This document shows positions 10,557 through 20,945 of a stretch of DNA of 64,000 nt, piece by piece; positions within the stretch are counted from its first letter, which is position 1; each line of letters opens with the position of its first letter. The stretch covers positions 2,749 to 66,748 of IMG/VR virus record IMGVR_UViG_3300035698_011651; one strand, written 5' to 3'. This DNA comes from a virus. The notes beneath the pieces were generated by a model that had not been told where the DNA came from, ran no database searches, and saw nothing but the letters and a program-made list of their open reading frames with translations. Made by a program: the position numbers and the translations under genes.

Positions 10557-11016
10557 CCTCTGAATCTAGCGTCTCAATACCGGGAGGGCCCCCAGCGTTA
10601 CTCACTACAGGATTGGGTGGCTCCATCAACACTGGTGGTGGTAAGGCTGGTTCGGCCTCTTGTATTGCTGCTGGAACGAATACAGGCTGCGAGGTATCCC
10701 CAAGCATAGCCATCTTACGTACCTTAGCTTCTGACTCAAAGTATTCTTCCTCGTCAGTATAAACGACTACATACCTCATTATGGCTCTACGCACCAACCT
10801 GCCATCTTTGAGTGGATCCTGCATCTGAGACCAGCTAGGACTGACTTGCAGAATTACAGCTCCCTCCTTCTCAACCCACTGATTTACTTGCTCATCAATA
10901 GGAGTATCGTTGTCTAACTTCCACGCCCCCTGATCTGACCCTGGATGTGTGGGCGTGAACGTCTTAGTTACTACTTCTGTGAATGTCTTTATTTTACGTC
11001 TATCAGCGAGACCCAT
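10522..11016 (-). CDS. hypothetical protein (mirror of 50237..50731)
   Basis: Identical mirror ORF. Confidence 0.7.
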   Translation of the reverse strand: MGLADRRKIKTFTEVVTKTFTPTHPGSDQGAWKLDNDTPIDEQVNQWVEKEGAVILQVSPSWSQMQDPLKDGRLVRRAIMRYVVVYTDEEEYFESEAKVRKMAMLGDTSQPVFVPAAIQEAEPALPPPVLMEPPNPVVSNAGGPPGIETLDSEDGSFFRGASNV

Positions 11017-11025
11017 GAATATCTC

Positions 11026-11286
11026 CTATTCGTCTATAGGGGCAGTTATAGGCTCTAACGGTTGGTGCTTCAAGACAATCTTTCCAGTCTCCCCGTCAAC
11101 CATAAGTACAGCCATGTCAAGGAGTACCCCCTTATTGTCCTGACTGACTACGCGCATACCAGTGTGCATGATCTTACCGCTGCTGCGTTGCTTAAAGAAC
11201 AATGGTTCGTAAACAAGGGCCTCCATTGTTCCCTGCTTCTGTTCTTTTAAATGCCATGCTGCTGCTGGGTTTATATTAATAAGCAT
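11026..11286 (-). CDS. hypothetical protein (mirror of 49967..50227)
   Basis: Identical mirror ORF. Confidence 0.7.
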   Translation of the reverse strand: MLININPAAAWHLKEQKQGTMEALVYEPLFFKQRSSGKIMHTGMRVVSQDNKGVLLDMAVLMVDGETGKIVLKHQPLEPITAPIDE

Positions 11287-11936
11287 TATTTTCCTTCCTG
11301 CGAGTAAAATTCCAAAGCCCGAGCGCGGATCTTAGGGTCGGGCGGCAGCTTTACAAAACCAATCTCTCCGTTAGCTTGCACTACAGTAGACACACTATAG
11401 TCACAACCTGTTGGTACGTATACATCTATAGGCACAACTGAAGATACAACTCCAGGAGTACAGATGCGTACTATCTCCCTGTTGATGGCCCAATACCTGC
11501 GCTGTTTGCCCTCACTTGGCAGCTGGTCTATCTCCATAGTAAGAACATATGCCTTAAACAAGTTGTTATTAGAATCCATAGTGCTACGCACCAAAGACCA
11601 CGGTAGGCCCTGAATAACGTGGCACCATTGATCCTTGCCATAAAACACTGGATGAGAATCTTTACTGACAAACGAGATGCAGTGTGCATCCGCGGTCCCC
11701 ACCTCGTTCATGAACTGCCTGATTATATCGTGAGGAAATCCTGTAACATAATACACTGGCGCTACAGAAAACAGGTAGTAATCCTTGGCCAGCACATCCA
11801 GCTTGTGATCAACCTCCTGTGCCTGTACTTTATCAGTATCCGCCTTGGTTTCTACTACAGACCCGGGTTCAGCTAATACAGGCTCCCTGCCAGTATCGCT
11901 AACATGTGTTGCTTTCAATAAATCAACGTTACTCAT
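11286..11936 (-). CDS. hypothetical protein (mirror of 49317..49967)
   Basis: Identical mirror ORF. Confidence 0.7.
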   Translation of the reverse strand: MSNVDLLKATHVSDTGREPVLAEPGSVVETKADTDKVQAQEVDHKLDVLAKDYYLFSVAPVYYVTGFPHDIIRQFMNEVGTADAHCISFVSKDSHPVFYGKDQWCHVIQGLPWSLVRSTMDSNNNLFKAYVLTMEIDQLPSEGKQRRYWAINREIVRICTPGVVSSVVPIDVYVPTGCDYSVSTVVQANGEIGFVKLPPDPKIRARALEFYSQEGK

Positions 11937-12008
11937 AGTTCCTCCCTCTCTAGTAGGCTGTCTGATAGCTAACAAGTTCCACCACCTAGATGGTGGAACT
12001 TGTAGCTG

Positions 12009-12596
12009 CTATGACCCAAGCTTCATATAAGCTGCCTCTATTACTTCAGCACGTCCCTCAGCACTCTCAGCCCTGGAGTAGTCTATGTTCTTAAGGCCAA
12101 GGAAAGACAATACCGTCTCCTCGGACATCACTGTCCTGAATCCACTGACTAACATATCAATGGGATCAAAGAGTACTTCAGAATACATTTCACCGTTAAA
12201 AGACTGATGATCATACCACAAGTCAGTATTACATGACTCAAAGCTGTCATTACGCATCAACTCATACGCAACAGACCGTATCACAGTCTTTATCTTTCGT
12301 CCTACAAATATGGCGTTAGGAGCTCCCGCTATAAACCTAACAAGATTTGCACCAGCATTGCTGGTCATAATAGTAGGACTCTCTGTATCGGGGCGAATCA
12401 CGCAACACTCGTCAAGCTCGAACGCCAACGGGCAGTCATACACCCCTCCTTCAGCTAGACGCGCCCAATGGCCCTCTATCTTTGCTGCTATCTTCTCCGG
12501 ATCCTTCAGGTTGCCCAGCTTGGGCTGCTCCATGTAATCCTTCCAATTCTTTCTCAGCTTCAGGCTGAACCCCAGAAAGTACACTGTCTTCTGCAT
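12009..12596 (-). CDS. degenerate 3'-5' exonuclease-like protein (mirror of 48657..49244)
   Basis: Identical mirror ORF. Confidence 0.45.
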   Translation of the reverse strand: MQKTVYFLGFSLKLRKNWKDYMEQPKLGNLKDPEKIAAKIEGHWARLAEGGVYDCPLAFELDECCVIRPDTESPTIMTSNAGANLVRFIAGAPNAIFVGRKIKTVIRSVAYELMRNDSFESCNTDLWYDHQSFNGEMYSEVLFDPIDMLVSGFRTVMSEETVLSFLGLKNIDYSRAESAEGRAEVIEAAYMKLGS

Positions 12597-13542
12597 CTTT
12601 TACTCCCCCAAGTTTTTGACCAGCAACAAACAACTGGCCGTCTTTAATCTCTACATCCACAAGGTGTACAGACTCTTGATGAGTAGTAGGCGAGTCTCCC
12701 CCCAATGGCTGCTTCAACCCCATTACTACACACTGTTTCTTTTTAGGTATCGCGCGTAACACACGTCGTATTATGACGTTAAGCCTTCGGCCCCTATCCT
12801 CTTCCATGCCTAGACAACATGCCTCCATGTCATCTATTATAATAGCCTTTGAATTGATGAATGGCCGAAACACATCCTTTGCGCCCGCCTTCCTGACGGC
12901 ACAATTACCCCACCATATACGCCCAATCAAACGCTTGTCCTCTTTGACTGGAGAGCTCATAACAAACCTGCTGTATTCTACCTTCTGCTTTGACAGATTA
13001 ATAGTTACAGCTTCCAAAGCCTTCTTCACTGCTTCCTCAAGACCTTGCAATACAAGTATCTTGCCAGCCTTTAAACCTCCACCAATATGCTCATTTAAAT
13101 ATGGAAATGGTAAAGGTATGCCATTCTCCCTGGCTTCGGCCGCTTTGGCCGCTACGGTGCTATAAATTCTTTTCTTATCAGCAGCCAATACTGGCATCAC
13201 GTAATTAGCCACCAACTGCTTAAGATGGGCTACCGTGGAGCCCTTCTGCGCCTCCTCATACATACGCTGCATTATGCCGCGCACCGTCTCAACAGGAAGA
13301 TTAAGCTTCTCTAGATGCGCCTTAACCTTCAGCGTTGAATACATGCACAGACATTGCCCGGCATAAAATATAGCTGAATACTTCTTTACCTCATTATCAG
13401 ACATAAGAAGCTTGTCTGATCTCTTCATCAACTCCTCAGCGTACTGCTTCTGTTTCTTCGCTTCTTCTGGGCTAACTTTCTCCAACTGCTTCTTAACCTC
13501 TTCTTCATTAACCTTTTTGCTCCCAATGTCATCGGCGTCCAT
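12451..13542 (-). CDS. degenerate RecA/DnaB-fold protein (mirror of 47711..48802)
   Basis: Identical mirror ORF. Confidence 0.5.
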   Translation of the reverse strand: MDADDIGSKKVNEEEVKKQLEKVSPEEAKKQKQYAEELMKRSDKLLMSDNEVKKYSAIFYAGQCLCMYSTLKVKAHLEKLNLPVETVRGIMQRMYEEAQKGSTVAHLKQLVANYVMPVLAADKKRIYSTVAAKAAEARENGIPLPFPYLNEHIGGGLKAGKILVLQGLEEAVKKALEAVTINLSKQKVEYSRFVMSSPVKEDKRLIGRIWWGNCAVRKAGAKDVFRPFINSKAIIIDDMEACCLGMEEDRGRRLNVIIRRVLRAIPKKKQCVVMGLKQPLGGDSPTTHQESVHLVDVEIKDGQLFVAGQKLGGVKDAEDSVLSGVQPEAEKELEGLHGAAQAGQPEGSGEDSSKDRGPLGASS

Positions 13543-13544
13543 AG

Positions 13545-14102
13545 TTACTCCTGTTTCATAACCAATAATTTGTAAATATCAGTGTCCCTGGCTACTATCA
13601 AAGCCGCGGCGGCATCTGCTACATGCTCTCTACTCTTCTCTACTGTTGGCAATTCAAAGTCTGGAAACAACTCCCTGATCGAGTTCTGGATGTCTTTCTT
13701 TGAGGCGTTCCCTGCGCCTCCAACTTTCTTCTTTATGTCTTCAGGCCGTACCCACACAACAGGCAGCCGTTTTATCTCCGTATATGCGGCTATCATACCG
13801 GAGGCCATACCCATACACCTAAGTGCGCGCGCCCCCTTACCTCCGCCAGACGGCATCTCTACTGCCAGGGCTGCTACTTCGTGTAATGAAATCATCTCAT
13901 CAAGCTTATTTATCATTTCTTGACAACATCGTACATCGTCATCAGATACATAAACCTTATGTTTCTTGTCAGCTTTCTCAGTATGAATACACAATGAATT
14001 AATCACCTCGTATCCAGACAGGGTTAACTTAACTGGATCCCCAATTACTATGCCGGTATGCCTGAATCCCAGATCTATACCAGCGATGCACCGCTTTAAC
14101 AT
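13545..14102 (-). CDS. ruvC: RuvC-like Holliday junction resolvase (mirror of 47151..47708)
   Basis: GIDLG, AVE and HVADA motifs. Confidence 0.85.
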   Translation of the reverse strand: MLKRCIAGIDLGFRHTGIVIGDPVKLTLSGYEVINSLCIHTEKADKKHKVYVSDDDVRCCQEMINKLDEMISLHEVAALAVEMPSGGGKGARALRCMGMASGMIAAYTEIKRLPVVWVRPEDIKKKVGGAGNASKKDIQNSIRELFPDFELPTVEKSREHVADAAAALIVARDTDIYKLLVMKQE

Positions 14103-14737
14103 AGTAGCTCCTCAAACCAGCCACGCTCACGCATGGCTTCAAGAATACGATAAACATACTGACAGTCCTCTTCGGCATCGTGATGCCCGCGAACCTCTCC
14201 CGCGTTGAGTGTAGAAGCACATAAATTCAAATTCCACTTTATACTTAACCGCCTATTAACAATACGCTTCTCGTAAGAATAAAGTGTCTCACTGGCACGC
14301 ATAAAATGATTTCCAAGCTTCTGCTTAGCTATCTGTCGGGCTTTATACAGGCCTCCGGTATCAATTACTGAAGCCTTATCCTGGAAATCTATAGTTGGCA
14401 GCCCATACCGTAAAAAGTTCTCATTTAAAATACGACTGTCAAACCTAATAATATTGTGCCCCGCGATATCCGAGCTCTCACTCACAAACTCATGAATAGC
14501 TGCTATAGTCTCCTTAGGATCTTTACCCTCAGCCGCTAACTTCTCAATAGAAAGATTATGAACATCCTGCGCCCCGGGAGACATGGACGCCCCTGTAGGT
14601 AGACGTATCATTACAGCGCCAGAAGACTTTAATTTCCTGCCCTCAATACTTGCCCATCCAAACTGAACTATGTGTGCCCTCCTGCCCAGTCCGTTTGTCT
14701 CCAAGTCAATAACTAGATAATTATCAGGAATCATCAC
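14096..14737 (-). CDS. DEDDh 3'-5' exonuclease (mirror of 46516..47157)
   Basis: DLET, GHN..FD and HDAEED motifs. Confidence 0.9.
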   Translation of the reverse strand: MMIPDNYLVIDLETNGLGRRAHIVQFGWASIEGRKLKSSGAVMIRLPTGASMSPGAQDVHNLSIEKLAAEGKDPKETIAAIHEFVSESSDIAGHNIIRFDSRILNENFLRYGLPTIDFQDKASVIDTGGLYKARQIAKQKLGNHFMRASETLYSYEKRIVNRRLSIKWNLNLCASTLNAGEVRGHHDAEEDCQYVYRILEAMRERGWFEELLC

Positions 14738-15275
14738 TTGTAAGCCTCCTTACAATCCACTTCCTACATCTGTCCCAATGCCGAGCCATCCTACGTTTCC
14801 ATGGAGGCATCTTCATATAACGTATTATAGTGGACGCTTTATCAGCCAAGAGTGCCTCGCTATAACACGTAATCTCATCATCCGTCTTAAGGGTCACGTC
14901 GCGGATACCCCACCAGAAAGCGCCAAACACCTCCTCACCAATCATACTAAACATAACCATACGTAATAAAACAGGTATATCATCTAAACCACTGCGTATG
15001 AAAGCATCCTCTACCGATGTAGACTCCTTAACACAGTCAATGCTAAAATAATCAGCCAGGGCCTCAGCCAGCCGTCCAACATCATCATCGGAGTACATAG
15101 CCTTATGGTCTATTAGCAACCACCGATAAGGAGAGGAATCCTTCTCCCACTCTATTAAAGCACGATGAACAAGCGCTGGTAGTAACGCAGTAATATCACG
15201 CGCCGGCGCATACCATCTCGGCTGCCCCTTGGGCCTGCACTGCTGCGACGGCATTATCGGGCTTTTGGGGTCCAT
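14724..15275 (-). CDS. hypothetical protein (mirror of 45978..46529)
   Basis: Identical mirror ORF. Confidence 0.7.
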   Translation of the reverse strand: MDPKSPIMPSQQCRPKGQPRWYAPARDITALLPALVHRALIEWEKDSSPYRWLLIDHKAMYSDDDVGRLAEALADYFSIDCVKESTSVEDAFIRSGLDDIPVLLRMVMFSMIGEEVFGAFWWGIRDVTLKTDDEITCYSEALLADKASTIIRYMKMPPWKRRMARHWDRCRKWIVRRLTSDDS

Positions 15276-16119
15276 TAGATCTCTCCTTGGTATATACCTT
15301 AACGGCTAGCTCACAGAATTCACCGGGACCTACTTTTGGTCCGCTGTAGCCACAGTGACAGTCCATACATGTTTCATATCTGCCAGGCTTATACCCGTGG
15401 GGGCAGCTGCTGTCATTAAACCTAGCTTTAAGCCTCTTTCTATTTTCATTGCTAAGAGTTCCTACATTGTAGCTACGCTTATATTCTGCTATCCACTCGT
15501 CCTTCCTTGGCGGGTACAACTTTATGTATGAGTACATACCCAGCAAATAGGGGGCTTCAAACCAGTCCATATTCTTTCTAGGCAGACCCCACCAACGCGC
15601 TACAGTAGGGGCGTACCCTTCAACCCACTCTTTCACAAATGTACGTCCAGCCAAATGTCCAGTATATACAAAATACTTTATTGCAAACCCAGGCGATTTA
15701 CTCCAACCAACCTTTGACAGAAGGCGTGTCGCTATAACACGACCAAGAACCCACTCCACTTCTGGCTGCGCCTTTAACCTACGTATTGCCTCACCTTCCG
15801 CAAGTCTTGGTTTGTTGCCAGGGAACTGCCAGCTTATCTCATCAATTACATCTACAGTGAGATCTGATCCCTCATAATAACTAAGACTATCGCTAATAGA
15901 AAAACTATTATATAGCCTTAAAGTTTTGCATATAGCCTCTATTACCTCTAACCGTGTTTCTCCCTCAATCCTAAGTCCAGCAAAATCAGACAAAACAGTA
16001 CGCAGCTTATGGCGCATCCTGCGCAGCTCTTTACGGTTCCAAAATATAGCTGGTTTATATGGATTTACAGGAGCTACTTCTAACGGCTCCCAATCAGGGT
16101 CGTAAGTTAACTCAGACAT
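15196..16119 (-). CDS. hypothetical protein (mirror of 45134..46057)
   Basis: Identical mirror ORF. Confidence 0.75.
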   Translation of the reverse strand: MSELTYDPDWEPLEVAPVNPYKPAIFWNRKELRRMRHKLRTVLSDFAGLRIEGETRLEVIEAICKTLRLYNSFSISDSLSYYEGSDLTVDVIDEISWQFPGNKPRLAEGEAIRRLKAQPEVEWVLGRVIATRLLSKVGWSKSPGFAIKYFVYTGHLAGRTFVKEWVEGYAPTVARWWGLPRKNMDWFEAPYLLGMYSYIKLYPPRKDEWIAEYKRSYNVGTLSNENRKRLKARFNDSSCPHGYKPGRYETCMDCHCGYSGPKVGPGEFCELAVKVYTKERSNGPQKPDNAVAAVQAQGAAEMVCAGA

Positions 16120-16145
16120 TCACTCCTCCAGCGGTCTGTATTATA

Positions 16146-16520
16146 TTATTCTTTGGATGAATAATCAACATCCAAGTTATTATTTTCTTTAACAACAACA
16201 ACAGGATTTATTGGCGCCTTATTATTTAGAATCTTCTTCTGCCTAGACTCCCTCAACTTATCATCGTGCTTCTTCTCTCTATGTCGCCTATCCGACATGT
16301 CATCATCAAAATCACTAAGAAACTCCTTTAACAACTCCCTGCGATCGCTATCCATTGAGAAAGGCCGAGCTCTCGCTTCGGCCTCACGCTTTAAACAAAC
16401 AATACAGTAACGGTTTGCTGATCCTGTGCTTGCAAACTCTATGCCGCAGCAAACACATAACCGCAGTCTCCGGTGCTCTGTGATACGCCACTTTGACCGT
16501 ACAGGTTTCTCGTTTGTCAT
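16146..16520 (-). CDS. Zn-ribbon protein (mirror of 44733..45107)
   Basis: Identical mirror ORF. Confidence 0.7.
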   Translation of the reverse strand: MTNEKPVRSKWRITEHRRLRLCVCCGIEFASTGSANRYCIVCLKREAEARARPFSMDSDRRELLKEFLSDFDDDMSDRRHREKKHDDKLRESRQKKILNNKAPINPVVVVKENNNLDVDYSSKE

Positions 16521-16526
16521 AATAGT

Positions 16527-17351
16527 TTACCGAACTGCGATAGCCCACACATATAATGGCCACCGCGGGTCGTGCTCGTTAAGCACTTCTTTAAGGGTGT
16601 CAGGATGCATAGGGTCCCACCCGCCATTACTCATGACGGTGTGCATTAAAGCTCTAGGGCCGCCCCATGTATTTAGATATATCTCTCTGAACCCCTCAAG
16701 CATCTTCCTAAGCATACTTGGGGTGAGGCGCCACCAGGTGCGACCAGTAACCGGCCCAAACAACTGTTCAGTTATGATTAGGTGACCGCCACGCTGCAAT
16801 ACACGTTTAGCAGACAATATAGCCTCATGTGGGTTAGTACAATCAAACAGCACATTGTCATAAACTACGTAGTCATATATATTTGCAGGTAGAGGCAGGT
16901 CGCAACAGTCTACATCAGGACCTAAAGCATCAATATCCGCATCCATGGCAAAGAACGTAAGCAATGGCGATACCTTAGGACACAACACACGGCCAGTGCG
17001 CTGTACGTTGAAAAAGTTCTTACGAATCTTATCATACAACATAGCATGATGCGGTAATGCCTCTACCACTTTATCCACCACACCATACTTAGCTGCTTCA
17101 TCAAGCATTATATACTGAATGATAGCCACGTGGCATGGAAAACATTCTGTCGCTTTCATATCTTCTATGCCGGCAACAAAATCATGCAGCTTGAAATTTA
17201 CAATCTTAACCGACCGCTTAGAGGTCTCGCTGTCCAGCCTCCAACGGTCAAACTGACTCATTATAGACTCAGAGTAACCCACGCGGCGCCATCCAGTACC
17301 GTCTCGCACCATGTGTTTTCTATCAATGAGAGTTTTTATATAACGTTTCAC
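16527..17351 (-). CDS. SAM methyltransferase-like protein (mirror of 43902..44726)
   Basis: Identical mirror ORF. Confidence 0.65.
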   Translation of the reverse strand: MKRYIKTLIDRKHMVRDGTGWRRVGYSESIMSQFDRWRLDSETSKRSVKIVNFKLHDFVAGIEDMKATECFPCHVAIIQYIMLDEAAKYGVVDKVVEALPHHAMLYDKIRKNFFNVQRTGRVLCPKVSPLLTFFAMDADIDALGPDVDCCDLPLPANIYDYVVYDNVLFDCTNPHEAILSAKRVLQRGGHLIITEQLFGPVTGRTWWRLTPSMLRKMLEGFREIYLNTWGGPRALMHTVMSNGGWDPMHPDTLKEVLNEHDPRWPLYVWAIAVR

Positions 17352-17527
17352 TATGCCACCGGCAGTAATGAGATAAGCTTATCTATATTAGCTTTTATAG
17401 ACTTTGCGTGGTCAACAATGTCAGCTCGCTTATCCTCCATTGACTCTACGCTATCCTCACTAAACTTCATTGTCCTGCTGGCGAGGTGGCCTGTCTCAAT
17501 CCAGATGTCACACAATACTGTATTCAT
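17351..17527 (-). CDS. 58-aa hypothetical protein (mirror of 43726..43902)
   Basis: Mirror of a manually translated ORF. Confidence 0.55.
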   Translation of the reverse strand: MNTVLCDIWIETGHLASRTMKFSEDSVESMEDKRADIVDHAKSIKANIDKLISLLPVA

Positions 17528-17528
17528 T

Positions 17529-18527
17529 TTAAACCCCTTTCACGTAAGTCATTACAGCCTCTAATACCTGTGTAGGCGTTATCCGCTTCATACACAATGC
17601 CAGGTTTATACTGGGGCCCGCGTACTTATCTTTCAACACCACATTAGAACACGGACGATCATTCTTATCGATTAGACTTGCTTTCCAACACCCGTCATCC
17701 TTACAACATGGAAGTTTACCAAGAGTATCTAGATAAATGTGGGGAATCATAGTGTTGATTAAATGTTTAAATTTGTCAGGTACATCAGGAAGGAATCGTT
17801 TAAGCATACGCTTATCATAACTGTCCCACCACCAAGGCTCTCTACCACCAGCTACAACAACACACGGTTTTTGAAACGCCGCGGCTAAGTGCATGATCAT
17901 AGTTACCCCGCATATTACACCAGAAGAGTGCGCCACCAACCATATCAAATTTCTCAGAGTGCTCCTATCTCTATAATCCATGGCGCTCTTAACACACGGA
18001 TGGAAGGCATCATCTGTCTTGCCAACTTGTATAAGCCGCGGAACTGATGGCTCAAATGCCAGCATTAACCCAAGCTTTTGCCACGACTCTGGGTCCCACC
18101 ACTTAGGAGTATAATCGTATTTACCCCCCGTACAGATAAGCCAATAAGGCTCCCCGCGTAACGGCCTGGCCTCCTTCTCTTCCTCCTTCAACTGAATGCA
18201 CGGCCGGAGCTCAGTAAGTGGCAATGACGTTATACCGTGGGGCTTCAACATATCCACAGCTTTCTGCAGATACGCATGCATAAAGTGATGCCTACCTGTG
18301 TGTGCTAACTTAACATCGTATGCGATTTTTACCACCTTAGCGGTAGAAGGGAGTGTAGCCTTGGCCCCGAAGTGTCTGGTAATAAATGGATTGCCACTCC
18401 AGATATCTGGGTGGTTGGTCTGCACAGCTATCTCAAACTTACCAGGATACTGCCTATAAATCTCCCTGGGCACTACCGTCATAACAGCAATATCGCCTGG
18501 ACATAGTATGTGCTTTAAAACTATCAT
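17529..18527 (-). CDS. GT9 heptosyltransferase-like glycosyltransferase (mirror of 42726..43724)
   Basis: PGD and MHLAAA..KP motifs. Confidence 0.8.
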   Translation of the reverse strand: MIVLKHILCPGDIAVMTVVPREIYRQYPGKFEIAVQTNHPDIWSGNPFITRHFGAKATLPSTAKVVKIAYDVKLAHTGRHHFMHAYLQKAVDMLKPHGITSLPLTELRPCIQLKEEEKEARPLRGEPYWLICTGGKYDYTPKWWDPESWQKLGLMLAFEPSVPRLIQVGKTDDAFHPCVKSAMDYRDRSTLRNLIWLVAHSSGVICGVTMIMHLAAAFQKPCVVVAGGREPWWWDSYDKRMLKRFLPDVPDKFKHLINTMIPHIYLDTLGKLPCCKDDGCWKASLIDKNDRPCSNVVLKDKYAGPSINLALCMKRITPTQVLEAVMTYVKGV

Positions 18528-19147
18528 GTAGCCTGTGAGTCCCGTCTGCTTACTTCCATCTTCTTAAACGTATCAACTTTAACAAGCTTTAACATATTTA
18601 CACGGTTCTTAGCAAACATATTATAATCCAGACTGTTAAGATCGCAGGACAGCACCGCTTGAGTCCCAATACGTATAATGCCAACGCCCTCATCCGTATT
18701 TACAGTGTACATAGCCAGGTCTGGACGCCTAACACGCAGCTTTACAAATGCTCGCCACACGGTGCCGTTCCAGTGCCCCCCGGAACGTCTGTATTTCTCG
18801 TAAGATCTCTGCCGATGTTCATCCACCGGGTTGCAATCGTGCATCACAATAGTGCCGTTATCGGACAAGTGATCCAACGAGTTTAGCACATCCTCATATG
18901 CCGATTCCTCAGTGTGCATACCGTCTATAAAGATTAGATCATATTTTATAGCCTTATCAAGACCCTTAAAAAAACTATTAGACGTCATAACGTATGTAGC
19001 CTTAGCCTTGGGATTAGGGTCAATACCATGCTTCAACTTACATACTACCTTGTTGAAATTAACAATTAACTTCCGTACACCAATCTCCAGATACGATTCA
19101 TACCCATACAATGAAATCAAGAAATTTATAATCTTTGATCTATTCAT
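18524..19147 (-). CDS. class I SAM methyltransferase (mirror of 42106..42729)
   Basis: YLEIG and DLIFIDGMH motifs. Confidence 0.85.
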   Translation of the reverse strand: MNRSKIINFLISLYGYESYLEIGVRKLIVNFNKVVCKLKHGIDPNPKAKATYVMTSNSFFKGLDKAIKYDLIFIDGMHTEESAYEDVLNSLDHLSDNGTIVMHDCNPVDEHRQRSYEKYRRSGGHWNGTVWRAFVKLRVRRPDLAMYTVNTDEGVGIIRIGTQAVLSCDLNSLDYNMFAKNRVNMLKLVKVDTFKKMEVSRRDSQAT

Positions 19148-19159
19148 TTTATTTTCCTA

Positions 19160-19717
19160 TCATCCACCAGTCCCGCTGCCTGCGGCCCCGCCTGCCCCGC
19201 TAACTGTGAAGCCATCGTCGAAGAAAGCATTAAGCTCGCTAGGTGGCGGTATATTAGTTGATGGAGGGGTTATCACTCCAGGCTCGGACTTGGGCTCTTC
19301 AACCGGAGCTGCCTTAGCCTCCAAGCCTTCAGACATCTCCGTTATTTCCTCCGAAGTTATGCCAATCTGCGCAGTCTCAGGCCCCTCAGGCTCCTTAGGC
19401 TCTCCAATCTCCTCAGACTCTTCAGGCTCCTCGGGCCTCACTTCCTCCTGTGGTGCATTCCTGCGCTCCATGTCCTTCTGCACCTCTTTTATCTTCTTAT
19501 CCAATATAGTCTCGGTGGGGACCTTCTCTTTCTCCGGCACCAGCTTAATCGGCTCGAGGTCTCCAGGAGAAACATCGTTGTCAGGAACTGTCAACGGAAT
19601 TACCACGTCCTCTGGAATAGGTGGAAGGTCTATGATCTCGTTAACAACCGATGGCGCGGTTTCCTTGAACAACTTACGGGTGTGGCTGTACCGCCCTCTT
19701 TCATAACGATCACTCAT
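19160..19717 (-). CDS. Pro/Glu-rich protein (mirror of 41536..42093)
   Basis: Identical mirror ORF. Confidence 0.7.
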   Translation of the reverse strand: MSDRYERGRYSHTRKLFKETAPSVVNEIIDLPPIPEDVVIPLTVPDNDVSPGDLEPIKLVPEKEKVPTETILDKKIKEVQKDMERRNAPQEEVRPEEPEESEEIGEPKEPEGPETAQIGITSEEITEMSEGLEAKAAPVEEPKSEPGVITPPSTNIPPPSELNAFFDDGFTVSGAGGAAGSGTGG

Positions 19718-19722
19718 TGTAC

Positions 19723-20094
19723 TTATCTCCTCTTATGCCTAGTGACTTTAGACGTCTTACATGCCGCCATCGTCTGGTCTGCCAATTCAGCGTATGTCAC
19801 CCCCTTACCATAAGGGGATATCCTCGTAGTCCGTTTTGTGGTGTACTCTGAAGGGGTATTCGAGTTATGCTTACAATACTCTAAAAGAGCATCACAGCGT
19901 CTAAGCGCAGCTAGCCTGCTGGCGCCTGGAGTAGACCCAAGTGGAATAGACGCAGCCCCCTCCCGTTCGTAGCACACTATTCCAACCTCATCACAATATA
20001 CCTTTGTGACTGGACAACCCTCAGCGTAGGCAGTCGGTTCCGCATTATCATCAAACTTCTTACCACTAATATCTACTATTTCACCCACGGTCAT
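19723..20094 (-). CDS. hypothetical protein (mirror of 41159..41530)
   Basis: Identical mirror ORF. Confidence 0.65.
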   Translation of the reverse strand: MTVGEIVDISGKKFDDNAEPTAYAEGCPVTKVYCDEVGIVCYEREGAASIPLGSTPGASRLAALRRCDALLEYCKHNSNTPSEYTTKRTTRISPYGKGVTYAELADQTMAACKTSKVTRHKRR

Positions 20095-20351
20095 TCCCCC
20101 TTATACATAACAAATGGTGACACCTCTTGCAGTGCACACACCTTACTCTCCCCCACCGTACCGTCTGGTAAGAAAATAAATACCTTCATCTCCCCAAACG
20201 TACTCTTAAGAAGGGTATCGACCTCGTTTTTATATTTGTAAAGAAGTTCTGCCCCCTTAATAGTCATGTACCCCCACCTAGACCTTGGAGTTACTGTGTG
20301 CGCCGTTGTTACTGTCGGAGCCTCGGTATACGCAACTACTAAATATTTCAT
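20091..20351 (-). CDS. hypothetical protein (mirror of 40902..41162)
   Basis: Identical mirror ORF. Confidence 0.65.
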   Translation of the reverse strand: MKYLVVAYTEAPTVTTAHTVTPRSRWGYMTIKGAELLYKYKNEVDTLLKSTFGEMKVFIFLPDGTVGESKVCALQEVSPFVMYKGE

Positions 20352-20361
20352 AACCTCTCCC

Positions 20362-20793
20362 TCATAATCCATCAATATCTAATATGCCATTTAGCTCAAA
20401 TAATACTTCAGGATCACCCCTAAAGAAATATGGCAAATGATACAGCCGTAACTGAAACTCTTCATCAATATTAAACACAATCCCAAACTCAGCCATATCG
20501 CCAAGAGAGAGATCAGCTGCACAAGTTCTTATCTCCCGTAACACTCTATCATGTAATTCAAATATTTCAACCTTTGAATTTAATTTAGAATCAAGTATTT
20601 TAATGTTGCCCAGATCAATTCTTATGGGGAGTAACGGTGTGTCGTCTGACGGTAGACGTAGATGGCACTCATCACTTAGTATAAGCCACAGCACGTCATC
20701 ACCAATAACGGCGGCGCGGGCTATTAACCCTGCTACATCCTTAGCGGAAAATGCGATATAAGAGTCTTCCAGCTTCCCCATAAACAGCCTCAT
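20362..20793 (-). CDS. hypothetical protein (mirror of 40460..40891)
   Basis: Identical mirror ORF. Confidence 0.7.
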   Translation of the reverse strand: MRLFMGKLEDSYIAFSAKDVAGLIARAAVIGDDVLWLILSDECHLRLPSDDTPLLPIRIDLGNIKILDSKLNSKVEIFELHDRVLREIRTCAADLSLGDMAEFGIVFNIDEEFQLRLYHLPYFFRGDPEVLFELNGILDIDGL

Positions 20794-20872
20794 AGCTAGA
20801 ACATACTTGGGAAATTTTATTTACTATAGTAATAATACAGATCAAAGTTGATTTGTCAACAACTATTTTAGA

Positions 20873-20902
20873 ATAAAATGAGCCCGGCCGAAACCGGGCT
20901 CA
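20873..20902 (-). terminator. intrinsic terminator (mirror of 40351..40380)
   Basis: 10-bp stem, TTCG loop, U-tract. Confidence 0.75.
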
Positions 20903-20945
20903 CCAGGGAACGGACGCAGTGGGGGAGCACTGCGAGCGAAAGGGA